Assembly: GCA_043810925.1 (NCBI GenBank)
Contig: JBDRNT010000119.1
Location: 1-26,170, forward strand
Direction of reading: 5' to 3'
Length of the DNA: 26,170 bases
Source of the DNA: Candidatus Eiseniibacteriota bacterium
GTDB lineage: Bacteria; Arandabacterota; Arandabacteria; Arandabacterales; Arandabacteraceae
The position numbers were made by a program, and so were the translations under genes. Of the stretch, positions 1 through 8,560 are shown one piece after another; the first letter of the stretch is position 1; each line of letters starts with the position of its first letter. The notes beneath the pieces are model-generated. The model had not been told where the DNA came from and made no database searches. It was given only the letters and a program-made list of their open reading frames with translations.

Positions 1-137
1 TCTGCCCATTCATCGGTTATAGGTAAACTTGATGGGTACATCCTAAAGTGGGATGAGAATATTATAGCTACAACTATCAGTAGTATAGGGATAATGTGTT
101 TATTGTTTATTATTTTTTTAAAGTCGATTTCTTCCAT
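1..137 (-). CDS. N-terminal part of a membrane protein running off the window edge; resembles archaeal (DPANN/Woesearchaeota-type) STT3/AglB oligosaccharyltransferase
   Basis: Not in the ORF track. ATG at 137, 5 nt downstream of the 143..421 stop, reads MEEIDFKKIINNKHIIPILLIVVAIIFSSHFRMYPSSLPITDEWA: a TM helix followed by FRMYP..LPITDEWA, which I recall from DPANN AglB N-termini. The family call is from memory. Confidence 0.5.
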   Translation of the reverse strand, partial: MEEIDFKKIINNKHIIPILLIVVAIIFSSHFRMYPSSLPITDEWA

Positions 138-142
138 TATAT

Positions 143-421
143 TTAACACAAATTTTCTTCACATTCTGTTGTCAAAGGAGTGTGCATACATTCTCCTAAA
201 TAAAAATTATGTGCTTCACAACTCTGTCCATCTTTGAAATAACAATAGGGTATGTCTAAACTTGAGTCTATTTCTGGGATATATACAGATTTAATCCTGT
301 ATTCATAACCTTGATCTTCACAATATTGTTTCGTTGGATTTGTTTCTATATTTAGCAATACTGCGACTAATATTATAAACAAAACACATACAATAGATCC
401 TATCATTATTCCTTTGTTCAT
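143..421 (-). CDS. DUF333 (putative hemolysin) domain membrane-anchored protein
   Basis: N-terminal TM helix, then NP..YC..QGY...YC.F.DG..CEA..FY.GEC, the DUF333 cysteine pattern. AGAGG SD upstream. Confidence 0.75.
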   Translation of the reverse strand: MNKGIMIGSIVCVLFIILVAVLLNIETNPTKQYCEDQGYEYRIKSVYIPEIDSSLDIPYCYFKDGQSCEAHNFYLGECMHTPLTTECEENLC

Positions 422-519
422 TTTAAAAACCTCTTTAATTCTTTATTATTTTCTTCTATCCTTTTTTTAAACAACTCAATTTTTTTCTCTAAATAATAGT
501 TTTCTGATTCTAGTTTCAT
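418..519 (-). CDS. Small hypothetical protein, 33 aa (MKLESENYYLEKKIELFKKRIEENNKELKRFLK)
   Basis: GAGAGG SD before ATG 519. Its TGA overlaps the DUF333 start (ATGA coupling at 418-421) and it fills the gap between two co-oriented genes. Confidence 0.45.
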   Translation of the reverse strand: MKLESENYYLEKKIELFKKRIEENNKELKRFLK

Positions 520-542
520 AACCTCTTTTATGCTTCCTTTCA

Positions 543-926
543 TCATATCAACCTCAATAGAATCATTCCTTCGTTTTGCATAACTAGTTCAAATCTAAAA
601 TTATGAAGATCATCTATAACTTTTTGTATCATTAAATTGGTGTTTGGACCATAATTTCCTACAAACGCACTAAATGATTTACCACTTATTATCAAATATT
701 CATAGTTATTTTCCTTTAACCAGTTATAAATCTCTTCTCCAGACCTTGACAAAGTATCTTTTCCAAACTCTAATTCTGGGATACACCATTCACATATATC
801 CATATCGTAAGCTGAAACAACATTATGAAACCCTGATAGATCATAAGCTTTTGAATGTTTAGGGAGAAGAGTTGGTATCTGTGAATATCCTTCTACTTCT
901 AATTCTGATAACTGTGCAAAGTGCAC
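543..926 (-). CDS. C-terminal fragment of an archaeal-like (possibly GT-C glycosylation-associated) protein, apparently 5'-truncated at the GC-content junction
   Basis: AT-rich codon usage. Motifs CEWC and 'IYNWLKENNYEYLII'. The frame opens only at about 926, where composition changes, and has no convincing start or SD. Confidence 0.5.
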   Translation of the reverse strand: MHFAQLSELEVEGYSQIPTLLPKHSKAYDLSGFHNVVSAYDMDICEWCIPELEFGKDTLSRSGEEIYNWLKENNYEYLIISGKSFSAFVGNYGPNTNLMIQKVIDDLHNFRFELVMQNEGMILLRLI

Positions 927-1031
927 TCATCAAGAAGCTGCGAAGATCGTTCTTTTGGGGGATCCAATTTGAAGCTGATTCTGAAAGTTCTGCCTATGGT
1001 GCAGTTTGGGGACCCATTTGGAACCAAAGGC

Positions 1032-1268
1032 AGGGATGAGTTACTCAATGGCGAGCTCTTCGACACCTTGTGGGAGACTCAGGTACTTCTTGAGCAGTGG
1101 AGGCGGGAATACAATGCGATCAGGCCACACAGCTCACTGGGGGTATCGACCGCCGGCCCCGGAGACGTGGTCCTGGCCGGTGATGAAGGCAAAGATCGGG
1201 GCTCTTCGGACGACTCCGGTACTTGAAAAACTGTATGGCTGAGTGGTACGGTTAATGGTGGCACGTCA
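1032..1268 (+). mobile_element. IS3-family remnant: frameshifted transposase C-terminus (rve_3 integrase core) plus probable right terminal inverted repeat
   Basis: RDELLNGELFDTLWETQVLLEQWRREYNAIRPHSSLG continues as YRPPAPETW in another frame after a +1 G in the run at 1139-1143. The segment ends GTGGTACGGTTAATGGTGGCACGTCA (1268), the typical IS3 ...TCA end. Confidence 0.8.
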
Positions 1269-1346
1269 GTTTTGAAAATGATCGCGGGGCATCCCGCTGG
1301 GGATTGCCTGAAAACAAAGTGAGGGTATGGAAACAAGGAGAGGTGT

Positions 1347-1796
1347 ATGTCGCTGAGTGATCTGGTACCCATTCTTCAGATATCAATCGGTCCGGTTATC
1401 CTGATCTCGGGCATCGGACTGCTTCTTCTTACTATGACGAACAGGTTTGGTCGAATAATCGACCGGATACGGCAGCTCTCCAGAGATCTCCAGTGCGACA
1501 ACGAAGCTGATAGACAGAGGATAATCGCTCAGCATAAGGTACTCCTGCGCCGAGCACGCATTGTGAGGACGGCGATTGCCCTTGCCGGACTGAGTGCCCT
1601 TCTGGCTGCCTTGCTCATTATTGTCCTCTTCACCACCTCGCTCTTTCACCTGGATATCGTATGGTCGATCAGTGGACTGTTTGCCGCCTGCATGGTGTGC
1701 CTGATCGCCTCCCTGATCTTCTTCATTGCGGACGTGAACATATCACTTACAGCACTCAAACTCGTGGTAGATGTCAAGGACCACAAAGACGCCTAG
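1347..1796 (+). CDS. DUF2721 domain membrane protein
   Basis: I.P..LISGIGLLLLTMTNRFGRIIDR.R.L motif, three TM helices, GGAGAGG SD. Confidence 0.85.
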   Translation: MSLSDLVPILQISIGPVILISGIGLLLLTMTNRFGRIIDRIRQLSRDLQCDNEADRQRIIAQHKVLLRRARIVRTAIALAGLSALLAALLIIVLFTTSLFHLDIVWSISGLFAACMVCLIASLIFFIADVNISLTALKLVVDVKDHKDA

Positions 1797-1881
1797 CAAT
1801 GCACTGAGGTGGATTCCTCACGCAAGAGATCCAGGATATCGTTGTCGTCAACAACGACCCGGCTTTTGAGAAACTGATCGA

Positions 1882-2919
1882 CTAGAAGAACCAGTCTACG
1901 CAGAGCGTATAGACGGAGTACCTTTCGGGGTCTTCGCGGCGTACCCAGTCAAGAGAGATGCGAAGCGGCGGGGCATCATTCCTCAGTTTTCCGATCGGAA
2001 GACCAAAACCGAGTCCATAGGTTGTCTCACCGACCCAATCGTCGTTGCCCTCCACCTCCGACCTGTTCTCGTAATAGTATCCTGTTCTGAGGGCAAGCAA
2101 CTCGAGCAGGCTGACCTCACCGCCAATCTTGTAGGCATCAAAGTAATCCGAGTTAAGAACATCCTGGTATTCGAGATGGCAGAGAAGTCCCAAAGTCCTC
2201 AGTCTTTCATGCCAGGAGCGATGTGCCAACGATATCCGGTAGGCAGTACCAATGCGAAGCGTTACGGGCAGACTCTCATCACCGGCCGCGGTCACCACGT
2301 CGGAGTTGGTGAAATTCGAAAGGCTGCCTCCCATGGACACTCGGTGTTGGGTATGGCCCGACCCGCCCCGGCGAAACACTTTGAGAATCCCGACATCGGG
2401 ATAATAACTGTTTTCGTCCTGCCCGCCGGCACTTGATCTGAGGAGATTCAGATTCATACCGATATAGAGATGGGCTGCCGGAGCTGCGGCGAGAGTAAGA
2501 GTGTAGGTAGAACTCTTCGATGGATAGGTCACCTGCCGCCGGCCTGGATGCACGGTCTGAGTGCTGTAGTCTAAGTGATACCGGCTGAAACCGACTCCGA
2601 CATACCTGCCGACGGGGATCCCCACACCAAAGAACGAACGGTCGGCACGATCGACGGCATAGCGGTCATCAGAGAAGGAAGTGCAGAAGGTGAGCCCGAT
2701 CGCATCGGCGAGCCCGGCGGGGTTGTTGATGCTGCTGAGGATATCTCCACTTAACGCAACGGTGCCCCGGCCCAGGGCTTCGCCCCTGGCGGACGGTTGC
2801 CTTCCGAAGAAGTTCTCTTCGAATGCACCTCCGTACTTGCACATTGCATCGGAGCTACTCAATATGACACCGATCACGACGACCAGTGCCTTTACCAGTC
2901 TAACTGACAGGCATATCAC
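1882..2919 (-). CDS. PorV/PorQ-family (UPF0164-like) outer-membrane beta-barrel protein
   Basis: Signal-like N-terminus, SAR..ALG...VA..D.....NPAGL motif, LP.TLRIG and G.E...L..LALR.GY motifs, C-terminal aromatic residue (WFF). Start codon uncertain. Confidence 0.75.
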   Translation of the reverse strand: MICLSVRLVKALVVVIGVILSSSDAMCKYGGAFEENFFGRQPSARGEALGRGTVALSGDILSSINNPAGLADAIGLTFCTSFSDDRYAVDRADRSFFGVGIPVGRYVGVGFSRYHLDYSTQTVHPGRRQVTYPSKSSTYTLTLAAAPAAHLYIGMNLNLLRSSAGGQDENSYYPDVGILKVFRRGGSGHTQHRVSMGGSLSNFTNSDVVTAAGDESLPVTLRIGTAYRISLAHRSWHERLRTLGLLCHLEYQDVLNSDYFDAYKIGGEVSLLELLALRTGYYYENRSEVEGNDDWVGETTYGLGFGLPIGKLRNDAPPLRISLDWVRREDPERYSVYTLCVDWFF

Positions 2920-3025
2920 CTTCTTTCTTGGTGCAGGACTGACCCGCGGATACTATACAGGACCCGGGAAGTCAAATCACTCAGGTTGTGTACAGTATCC
3001 GCAGGCTCCTGTTCATCCACCGGTC

Positions 3026-3397
3026 TTAGCGAACGCCCACGGTGTCCGTTCCAGTGAACTCGACTCCGTCCTTGGTGCTTCCGAGGAGAGTAAGGGTCGC
3101 CTCGGGGGGTTCGATGATGGCCTTGATTTCTTCCAGATCGAACTTGGCTACAAGGTTACCCTTTGCATCGGCTTTTGTCCAGGCTACCGGGACATCATTG
3201 AGGCTCAGGGTGGATGTGTCAACCAGACCAAGTGCGATGTCGGTATGGACGGTCACCCATTCACCTACTGAACCGAGGGCGATTGTGCTGGGAGATACCT
3301 TGATATCGATAGTCGACGCGGAGCCCGCAGTGCTCGCAGTCAAAACCAGCCCAATCATGATACAGATAACAGACAAACAGACAGTGAAGCGTTTCAT
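3026..3397 (-). CDS. Small secreted beta-rich hypothetical protein (123 aa)
   Basis: Start moved from 3451 to ATG 3397 (GGAGG SD, signal peptide MKRFTVCLSVICIMIGLVLTA). Mature part IDIKVSPSTIALGS...LVAKFD...LTL.G...DG..F.GTDTV is Ig-like. Confidence 0.75.
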   Translation of the reverse strand: MKRFTVCLSVICIMIGLVLTASTAGSASTIDIKVSPSTIALGSVGEWVTVHTDIALGLVDTSTLSLNDVPVAWTKADAKGNLVAKFDLEEIKAIIEPPEATLTLLGSTKDGVEFTGTDTVGVR

Positions 3398-3541
3398 TCC
3401 AACCTCCGTAGACTTTTTGATCACCAGTTGCCAGCGTCCCATCCTCGCCATTTTAAGGTCATGTGCCGTCGTCTACCGGGTCACCTCCTCTTTCGTAAAT
3501 TTGACCTTTCATCTCGTTAGACAGCGTCGGGTTTAAATACA

Positions 3542-3610
3542 AATTCGGTGACAGTCTGCTAATCCATAGCACATGCCGTGCCATGGAAATTAGTAAACTG
3601 TCACCGAATT
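3542..3610. repeat. 69-bp near-palindrome / long hairpin (REP/REPIN- or MITE-like)
   Basis: AATTCGGTGACAGT (3542-3555) pairs perfectly with ACTGTCACCGAATT (3597-3610) and extends to 20/22 bp. Inner stem TCCATAGCAC/GTGCCATGGA (9/10) surrounds a 5-nt loop. Confidence 0.85.
3568..3583 (-). promoter_or_regulatory. Putative sigma54 (-24/-12) promoter for 3026..3397
   Basis: Minus strand TGGCACGGCATGTGCT has exact GG-N10-GC spacing and one mismatch to TGGCAC-N5-TTGCW. Confidence 0.55.
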
Positions 3611-3622
3611 AAGGGCAAATGC

Positions 3623-3646
3623 AAAAAGGGCCCCGAGGGGCCCCTT
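3623..3646 (-). terminator. Rho-independent terminator of the RRM gene
   Basis: Minus strand AAGGGGCCCCTCGGGGCCCTTTTT: GC stem plus U-tract, about 55 nt after the stop. Confidence 0.75.
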
Positions 3647-3700
3647 CGTATTTGGCTCCTGTCACACTTCTACTGTGACAGAATCATACTGCGACAAAAC

Positions 3701-3997
3701 CTACCAGTTATTCCGGCTACCGGACATTCTCCCGCGATCGCGCGACTTGCTGTTGTCACGAGGACGTGCCTCGTTGACGTTGAGGGCGCGACCCTTCAGG
3801 TCCATGCCGTTGATCGCTTCGATAGCTGCTCTGCCCTCATCATCCTTGGGCATCTCAACGAAGCCGAACCCGCGGGAACGACCGGTAAACTTGTCACTGA
3901 TGACATTGGCACTTGCCACTTCACCGTGGGCCTCAAACGCCTGCTTGAGATCGTCCTCGGTGACTTCGTACGATAGGTTGCCAACATAAATATTCAT
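3701..3997 (-). CDS. RRM (RNP-1) RNA-binding protein
   Basis: MNIYVGNLSY (RNP2), RSRGFGFVEM (RNP1), LNVNEARPR. AGGAG SD. Confidence 0.95.
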   Translation of the reverse strand: MNIYVGNLSYEVTEDDLKQAFEAHGEVASANVISDKFTGRSRGFGFVEMPKDDEGRAAIEAINGMDLKGRALNVNEARPRDNSKSRDRGRMSGSRNNW

Positions 3998-4438
3998 TCT
4001 AGTCTCCTATTACTGACACTGAACAGTTTTTACTGGGATTCGACTTGAGCGTGCCTGGACGGGTTATTCAGCCGCATCAGATGACACCAGCAGGCCTTAA
4101 GTTCTTCCGAGCGCAGATCTGTTCGCCTTAGTTCGATTAGTACTACTTCCTTCCTTATTCCTTTTTAAAACTTCCACTCCTCCAGATCCGAACCTTCTCA
4201 CCTCCACGCCTTCGAAAATCTGGTCGATACTTCCGTTCGCGGCTGATTCACTCACAGCCAGCCTTCTGGTTTCACCTAAAAGGCACGAAGACTGTGAATG
4301 CTGGAACTTAATAGGTGTATCGGCATAAGTCAAGCGGAAAAGAGGAATTCGTGGACTGTGAGAAATCGGTGGCGCCCGGAAGTGAGATAATGGCATAATA
4401 GAGCAGGACTTAGGTCGATACTTGAGGCGGGCAAGATA

Positions 4439-5284
4439 ATGTGTGAATTCTGCCTAAAGCATGGGGAAGGGAAGAAGTGGTACCTTGAGGCCAAGAACTA
4501 CTCTGAAGATCTCTTAAGCGATATCAGGCGCCGGAGGATGATTGAGGAGTTCTTCACGAACCCCGGATCACTCGGCCAGGACGTCATGCGTCTCGGCCAA
4601 CTGGAAAAGGCTCCGGCCTTCGTCAGGGGGTTGGTGAAGCGGATCATCACAAGGCGTCAGAAGAAGGAGCACTTCGGACAGGTGGTGCCGATTGAGGAAG
4701 TCGAGCAGATATTTGGCTTTCTCGGTTCCATTGTACGCGTAGCATGTATCTGCAGGCACATCACACTTGGCGAGGAGAAGCGGTACTGCTATGGGATCAG
4801 TCTCGCCCCCGATGGCGGCAAGATGATGGAGATCCTCCGTGGAATCGACGACAGTTTCCTTACGGGGCCGGATGATACCGGATTCGAAACACTTACCAAG
4901 GATGAGGCCATCGCTGCCTTTCGCAGCCACGAACACGACGGTCTCTGCCACACCGTGTGGACTTTCCAGGCGCCCTTTATCGGAGGGATATGCAACTGTG
5001 ACCGCTCGGACTGTCTCGCGATGAAGACCACCGTCACGCACGATCTCCCGGTGATGTTCCGTGCCGAGTATGTCGCCGAGGTGGACCCGGAGAAGTGTGT
5101 CGGGTGCCGGCAGTGTATGCGGGTCTGCCAGTTTGGTGCCGTCACTTACAGCCCCTCGAACGAGAAGGCTGTCATAGACCAGAAATGGTGTTATGGCTGC
5201 GGAATCTGTCGCGCCGTATGCAAGAAAGACGCAATCGAGCTCAAGGACCGTTCCCGGGTTCCTGTGGCTGCAAACCTCTGGTAG
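4439..5284 (+). CDS. 4Fe-4S dicluster (ferredoxin) domain protein
   Basis: C-terminal CVGCRQCMRVCQ and CYGCGICRAVCK motifs. Additional Cys motifs MCEFC, CICR and ICNC...C. Confidence 0.88.
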   Translation: MCEFCLKHGEGKKWYLEAKNYSEDLLSDIRRRRMIEEFFTNPGSLGQDVMRLGQLEKAPAFVRGLVKRIITRRQKKEHFGQVVPIEEVEQIFGFLGSIVRVACICRHITLGEEKRYCYGISLAPDGGKMMEILRGIDDSFLTGPDDTGFETLTKDEAIAAFRSHEHDGLCHTVWTFQAPFIGGICNCDRSDCLAMKTTVTHDLPVMFRAEYVAEVDPEKCVGCRQCMRVCQFGAVTYSPSNEKAVIDQKWCYGCGICRAVCKKDAIELKDRSRVPVAANLW

Positions 5285-6422
5285 CAGCCAGGGCAGCCAG
5301 GGCTTCGCGAAGAACGGCGGCCGCCGAGATCGCAAGGCCTGCATGGCCTAGATAGCCGTAGCGCATGAACAGTCTCGACTCCAATACCACATAGGGCGCA
5401 ACTGCTGTGAGGAAGAACAAGGATCCAAAGATTACTATCCGGCCTGATTGGGAATACCGGTTTCTTGAACCAGGATAGCGCAGGAAGAACACCACGACCA
5501 CAGCCACGATAAGCCCGAATCCTGCCTTGACAAGACCTGTTGCAGCCGCTCCGGCAATCCCCGGCACCATCACAATGCTCTCAAGCCTGAATGATAGCGA
5601 GTTGAAGAAGGTGAGTAGATACGTTGCGCCGCCCTCGAGCAGATGTGACAATGAGAAGTTGTATGAAAAGCCGGTCGGTTGGTGACTGGTGACTCTCCGG
5701 AAGAAGAACGCGAAAAGGATCACCCAGACACCGCCCGCAACAAGGGGAGCGAGATAGTGACGCCAACCACCCCGTTCGCCAAAGAGCCACCAGTAGATTA
5801 TGAAAATTGCCGGCAATACGAGGGAGGTCTCTTTGCTGAATAGAGCCAGAACGAATGCAATTAAGGCTGCCCATACGAGCCAGTTGCGCTTCAGCCGTCT
5901 TCCCCGAATGAAGAGATTGAGAGCCACAAGCGAAAAGAAGACAGCGAGGAGTGTCTGGATCTCACATGTATTGAGTACGACCTCGACGTGAGAGAAGCGC
6001 GAAACAAAGATCCCGGCTGCGACAAGCGCCCACACCCTCGGCAGAAAGACCATGCATACGAGGTAGAGCAGGAGTCCGTTGACAAGACAGACCCCAACAT
6101 TGATGAGATGGTGGATGCCGACATTGTTCGAGAAAAGCTTACGGCCGAGGTAGTAATAGAGATTGGTTGTCAGTGGTCTGTAGAGGCCCGGCCAGACCGG
6201 CGGACTCGTGAAGCAGTCTCCGAGCGAGTGAATGGTGGCAGCGTTGTGTTTGATGAATATCCCGTCCTCCCATTGATATGTGGAGTAGTTGGCGATCACT
6301 CGCCTCCCGTGCACAGCAGAAAAGGCAGTGAGTACGACAAGAAGGGCGATCACAAGGTGATATCTGGATATGAACCCGCTCCCACTTTGATGATCCGGTT
6401 TGAGTCTGCGGCGCGCTTTCAC
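5241..6422 (-). CDS. Polytopic membrane protein, GT-C/ArnT-PMT-like glycosyltransferase family
   Basis: ED motif in the first loop, YRPL motif, H..N...C..N..L.Y, ALFSKE motif, RY.Y motif, about 10 TM segments. The GTG start overlaps the upstream TGA. Confidence 0.7.
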   Translation of the reverse strand: MKARRRLKPDHQSGSGFISRYHLVIALLVVLTAFSAVHGRRVIANYSTYQWEDGIFIKHNAATIHSLGDCFTSPPVWPGLYRPLTTNLYYYLGRKLFSNNVGIHHLINVGVCLVNGLLLYLVCMVFLPRVWALVAAGIFVSRFSHVEVVLNTCEIQTLLAVFFSLVALNLFIRGRRLKRNWLVWAALIAFVLALFSKETSLVLPAIFIIYWWLFGERGGWRHYLAPLVAGGVWVILFAFFFRRVTSHQPTGFSYNFSLSHLLEGGATYLLTFFNSLSFRLESIVMVPGIAGAAATGLVKAGFGLIVAVVVVFFLRYPGSRNRYSQSGRIVIFGSLFFLTAVAPYVVLESRLFMRYGYLGHAGLAISAAAVLREALAALAATRGLQPQEPGNGP

Positions 6423-8293
6423 AGTTTGCCCTCATCCCTGAGTTGCTTCAAAATCCTGTCAACGTCCTCCGCCATCTCCTCTGGCGGATTCAGCCGCTTA
6501 AGATACAGCAGCTCTTCGGCTCCTTCTTCGATCCGCCCCAGGGCTATGAGCATCTTCCCGTAGAAAGCATGGAACACTGGGTTGTCCGGATGATACTCCG
6601 TCCCCTCGCGGGCGAGATCGAATAGTTCTTCATAGTGCTGCGACCGGAATAGAATCAGAGCCATCTCGGAACGGACTCTCTCGTTGAGTGGTTCATGCTC
6701 AAGTACCGGCCGGAGCATTCCCGCGGCATTGACCAGCTGCCCATCGTCCCTGTAATAGACACTGAGGAGAATGTAGAGCCGGGAGTTATAGGAAAAAGAA
6801 ACCGCTTTTTCCATAGCGGTAATTGCCTCTTTCAGACGATGGCCATCGTGGTATTGCTTGGCCAGTGTTTCATATGCATACTGCCCGAATGTCGTATCAT
6901 AGGAGAGAATGCTCTCGTAGCGCCTTGTTGACTTTTCCTCTGATGAGTTGATACCGATCCATGACACGGCCAGGGCAGCGCTCATTACGATTACCGGGGT
7001 AGTGACGAGTGATAGAGCGGATCTGCGACATCGTGACAGGAAACGTTTAGCCATGAGCATTGCAAGCGAAATCAGCCCAACTGACGTGATAGTGAAGAGA
7101 TCCCAATCTCTTGCCATCCCGAGTTTAGGGTCGAAGACCATGAGAAATAGAAGGCAAGGTACCAGCAAGTGTAGAGCGAAATGCTCTTCCACATACCTCC
7201 TGGACCTCATGAGGGCGACGGTCATGAATACAAAGACGGGAAACATAGGAAGGAGGAGCAGAAGCTCATTGAACACATCCAACCAGTGAGACGATGAAAG
7301 AATCCCGGTGCTCCCGGCAGAAGCTCTGACTGGAAGCAGGTGTTCGCCTTGCCCGGGAAGCGCCCCTGCCACGTACGTTCCGATGAGAACAAGAGCGATC
7401 AGTAAGGGCGAGACAACTGTGAGAACATGTTTTCGCCGCTTATATGTCAGAAACCAGATGAGAAGGAGCGCGAACGAAGGGGCCAGCAAGATACCCTGGA
7501 TATGCATGAAGGTACCTAAGACGAGACAGGCCAGGGCCGCGAAAAGCCAGGTTGCGCACTTCCGCTGGATCAGGATGAAACCGCTTACCGCATAGAGAAC
7601 TGCAAAGAGCATGAGCGCGGTGTAATTTTCCACGTAGCCGAAGAAGAGCTCAATTGTACCCGAAGTGAGTGCTACTGTTGCCAGCCAGCTCTTGAACGGG
7701 ATACGCATGAACACAAGAACCAGAATGCCGCCAAGCAGACAATTGAGGATTCTCATTGCCTTCAAGGGCGGCCAAGAGAATACCGTGAAAGAGGCCTTGG
7801 TGAACCAGTAGTAGAGCAAAGTCGCTCCCTTTGCTATAGATTCACCCTTGAGTATCCACAGTGGGTTGTTTGTCACCATAGTCGTATCACTGAGGAAGGT
7901 ATGCTTGAAGTTGTCCGCGACGAGCTTGCCGTCACCAAGGAGCAGCGTGGATGACTGGAATCCGACGAAGATCGTCGTCGCGACGATAGCTATAATGATG
8001 GAAACCCACACGACGCGCCTGCTGTGTGCTGCGAGGCGCTCGATACCGGCCTTAAGGAGTGAATTGAGCCCGCGCGCGACCCCCGGCACGAACGACAGGG
8101 CGATGAGTCCCAGTGTTCCAAGGCGGATGGGGACGGGGTAGAACGCCAGATGGTTGATCCCCCACAAGCGCTTGTCGGGGAGAAACGATGCGACAGCGAC
8201 GAGTGCAAATGTGAAAGCGAGCGGAACATACAGGATCTGTGCGGAGAGAGGATGCTCAGACTCACCGGGTTGATGTCCGGACGGCCGGCTCAT
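6419..8293 (-). CDS. Multi-TM membrane protein with C-terminal TPR repeats
   Basis: LLGDG, FFGYVENY and LGMARDWDL motifs, many TM helices, TPR-like helical repeats in the last ~170 aa. Confidence 0.8.
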   Translation of the reverse strand: MSRPSGHQPGESEHPLSAQILYVPLAFTFALVAVASFLPDKRLWGINHLAFYPVPIRLGTLGLIALSFVPGVARGLNSLLKAGIERLAAHSRRVVWVSIIIAIVATTIFVGFQSSTLLLGDGKLVADNFKHTFLSDTTMVTNNPLWILKGESIAKGATLLYYWFTKASFTVFSWPPLKAMRILNCLLGGILVLVFMRIPFKSWLATVALTSGTIELFFGYVENYTALMLFAVLYAVSGFILIQRKCATWLFAALACLVLGTFMHIQGILLAPSFALLLIWFLTYKRRKHVLTVVSPLLIALVLIGTYVAGALPGQGEHLLPVRASAGSTGILSSSHWLDVFNELLLLLPMFPVFVFMTVALMRSRRYVEEHFALHLLVPCLLFLMVFDPKLGMARDWDLFTITSVGLISLAMLMAKRFLSRCRRSALSLVTTPVIVMSAALAVSWIGINSSEEKSTRRYESILSYDTTFGQYAYETLAKQYHDGHRLKEAITAMEKAVSFSYNSRLYILLSVYYRDDGQLVNAAGMLRPVLEHEPLNERVRSEMALILFRSQHYEELFDLAREGTEYHPDNPVFHAFYGKMLIALGRIEEGAEELLYLKRLNPPEEMAEDVDRILKQLRDEGKL

Positions 8294-8560
8294 CGGTGGG
8301 TTTCCCGATATTGCCTGAGAGGGGCCCTTAGATCAATACCCTGATCGCAGTATGCTAGGCAGACTGTGAGCACGTGTCGATCGACATCTTCAGTTTCAAA
8401 AGGCATATCACTTCCGGCCCAGTCGTATCCAATCCCGGGAGATTGACCGTACCGCAGCCTGAGTCCGAAGCCCCTCGTTGTCACTGATTCGGTTCCCCCC
8501 GCGCCGCCAGTCCATTCCACAGTATGAGCTCGACACCGGCCTCATCCCGTGGTGAGCAGC
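8290..8560 (-). pseudogene. Degraded C-terminal fragment of a PorV-like beta-barrel gene
   Basis: One frame gives AGVELILWNGLAARG; another frame continues TTRGFGLRLRY...IGYDWA.....DRHVLTV. Together they parallel the C-terminus of 1882..2919. No intact upstream frame; boundaries approximate. Confidence 0.4.

Noticed and set aside
921-1242. ORFs 921..1226 and 1006..1242 as real genes
   Set aside because: Each holds one half of the frameshifted IS3 transposase tail joined to unrelated sequence.
3542-3610. Integron attC site
   Set aside because: It lacks the RYYYAAC...GTTRRRY core boxes, and there is no cassette array or integrase.
4097-4396. 99-aa ORF upstream of the RRM gene
   Set aside because: No SD or recognisable motif; more likely the promoter and 5' leader region between divergent genes.
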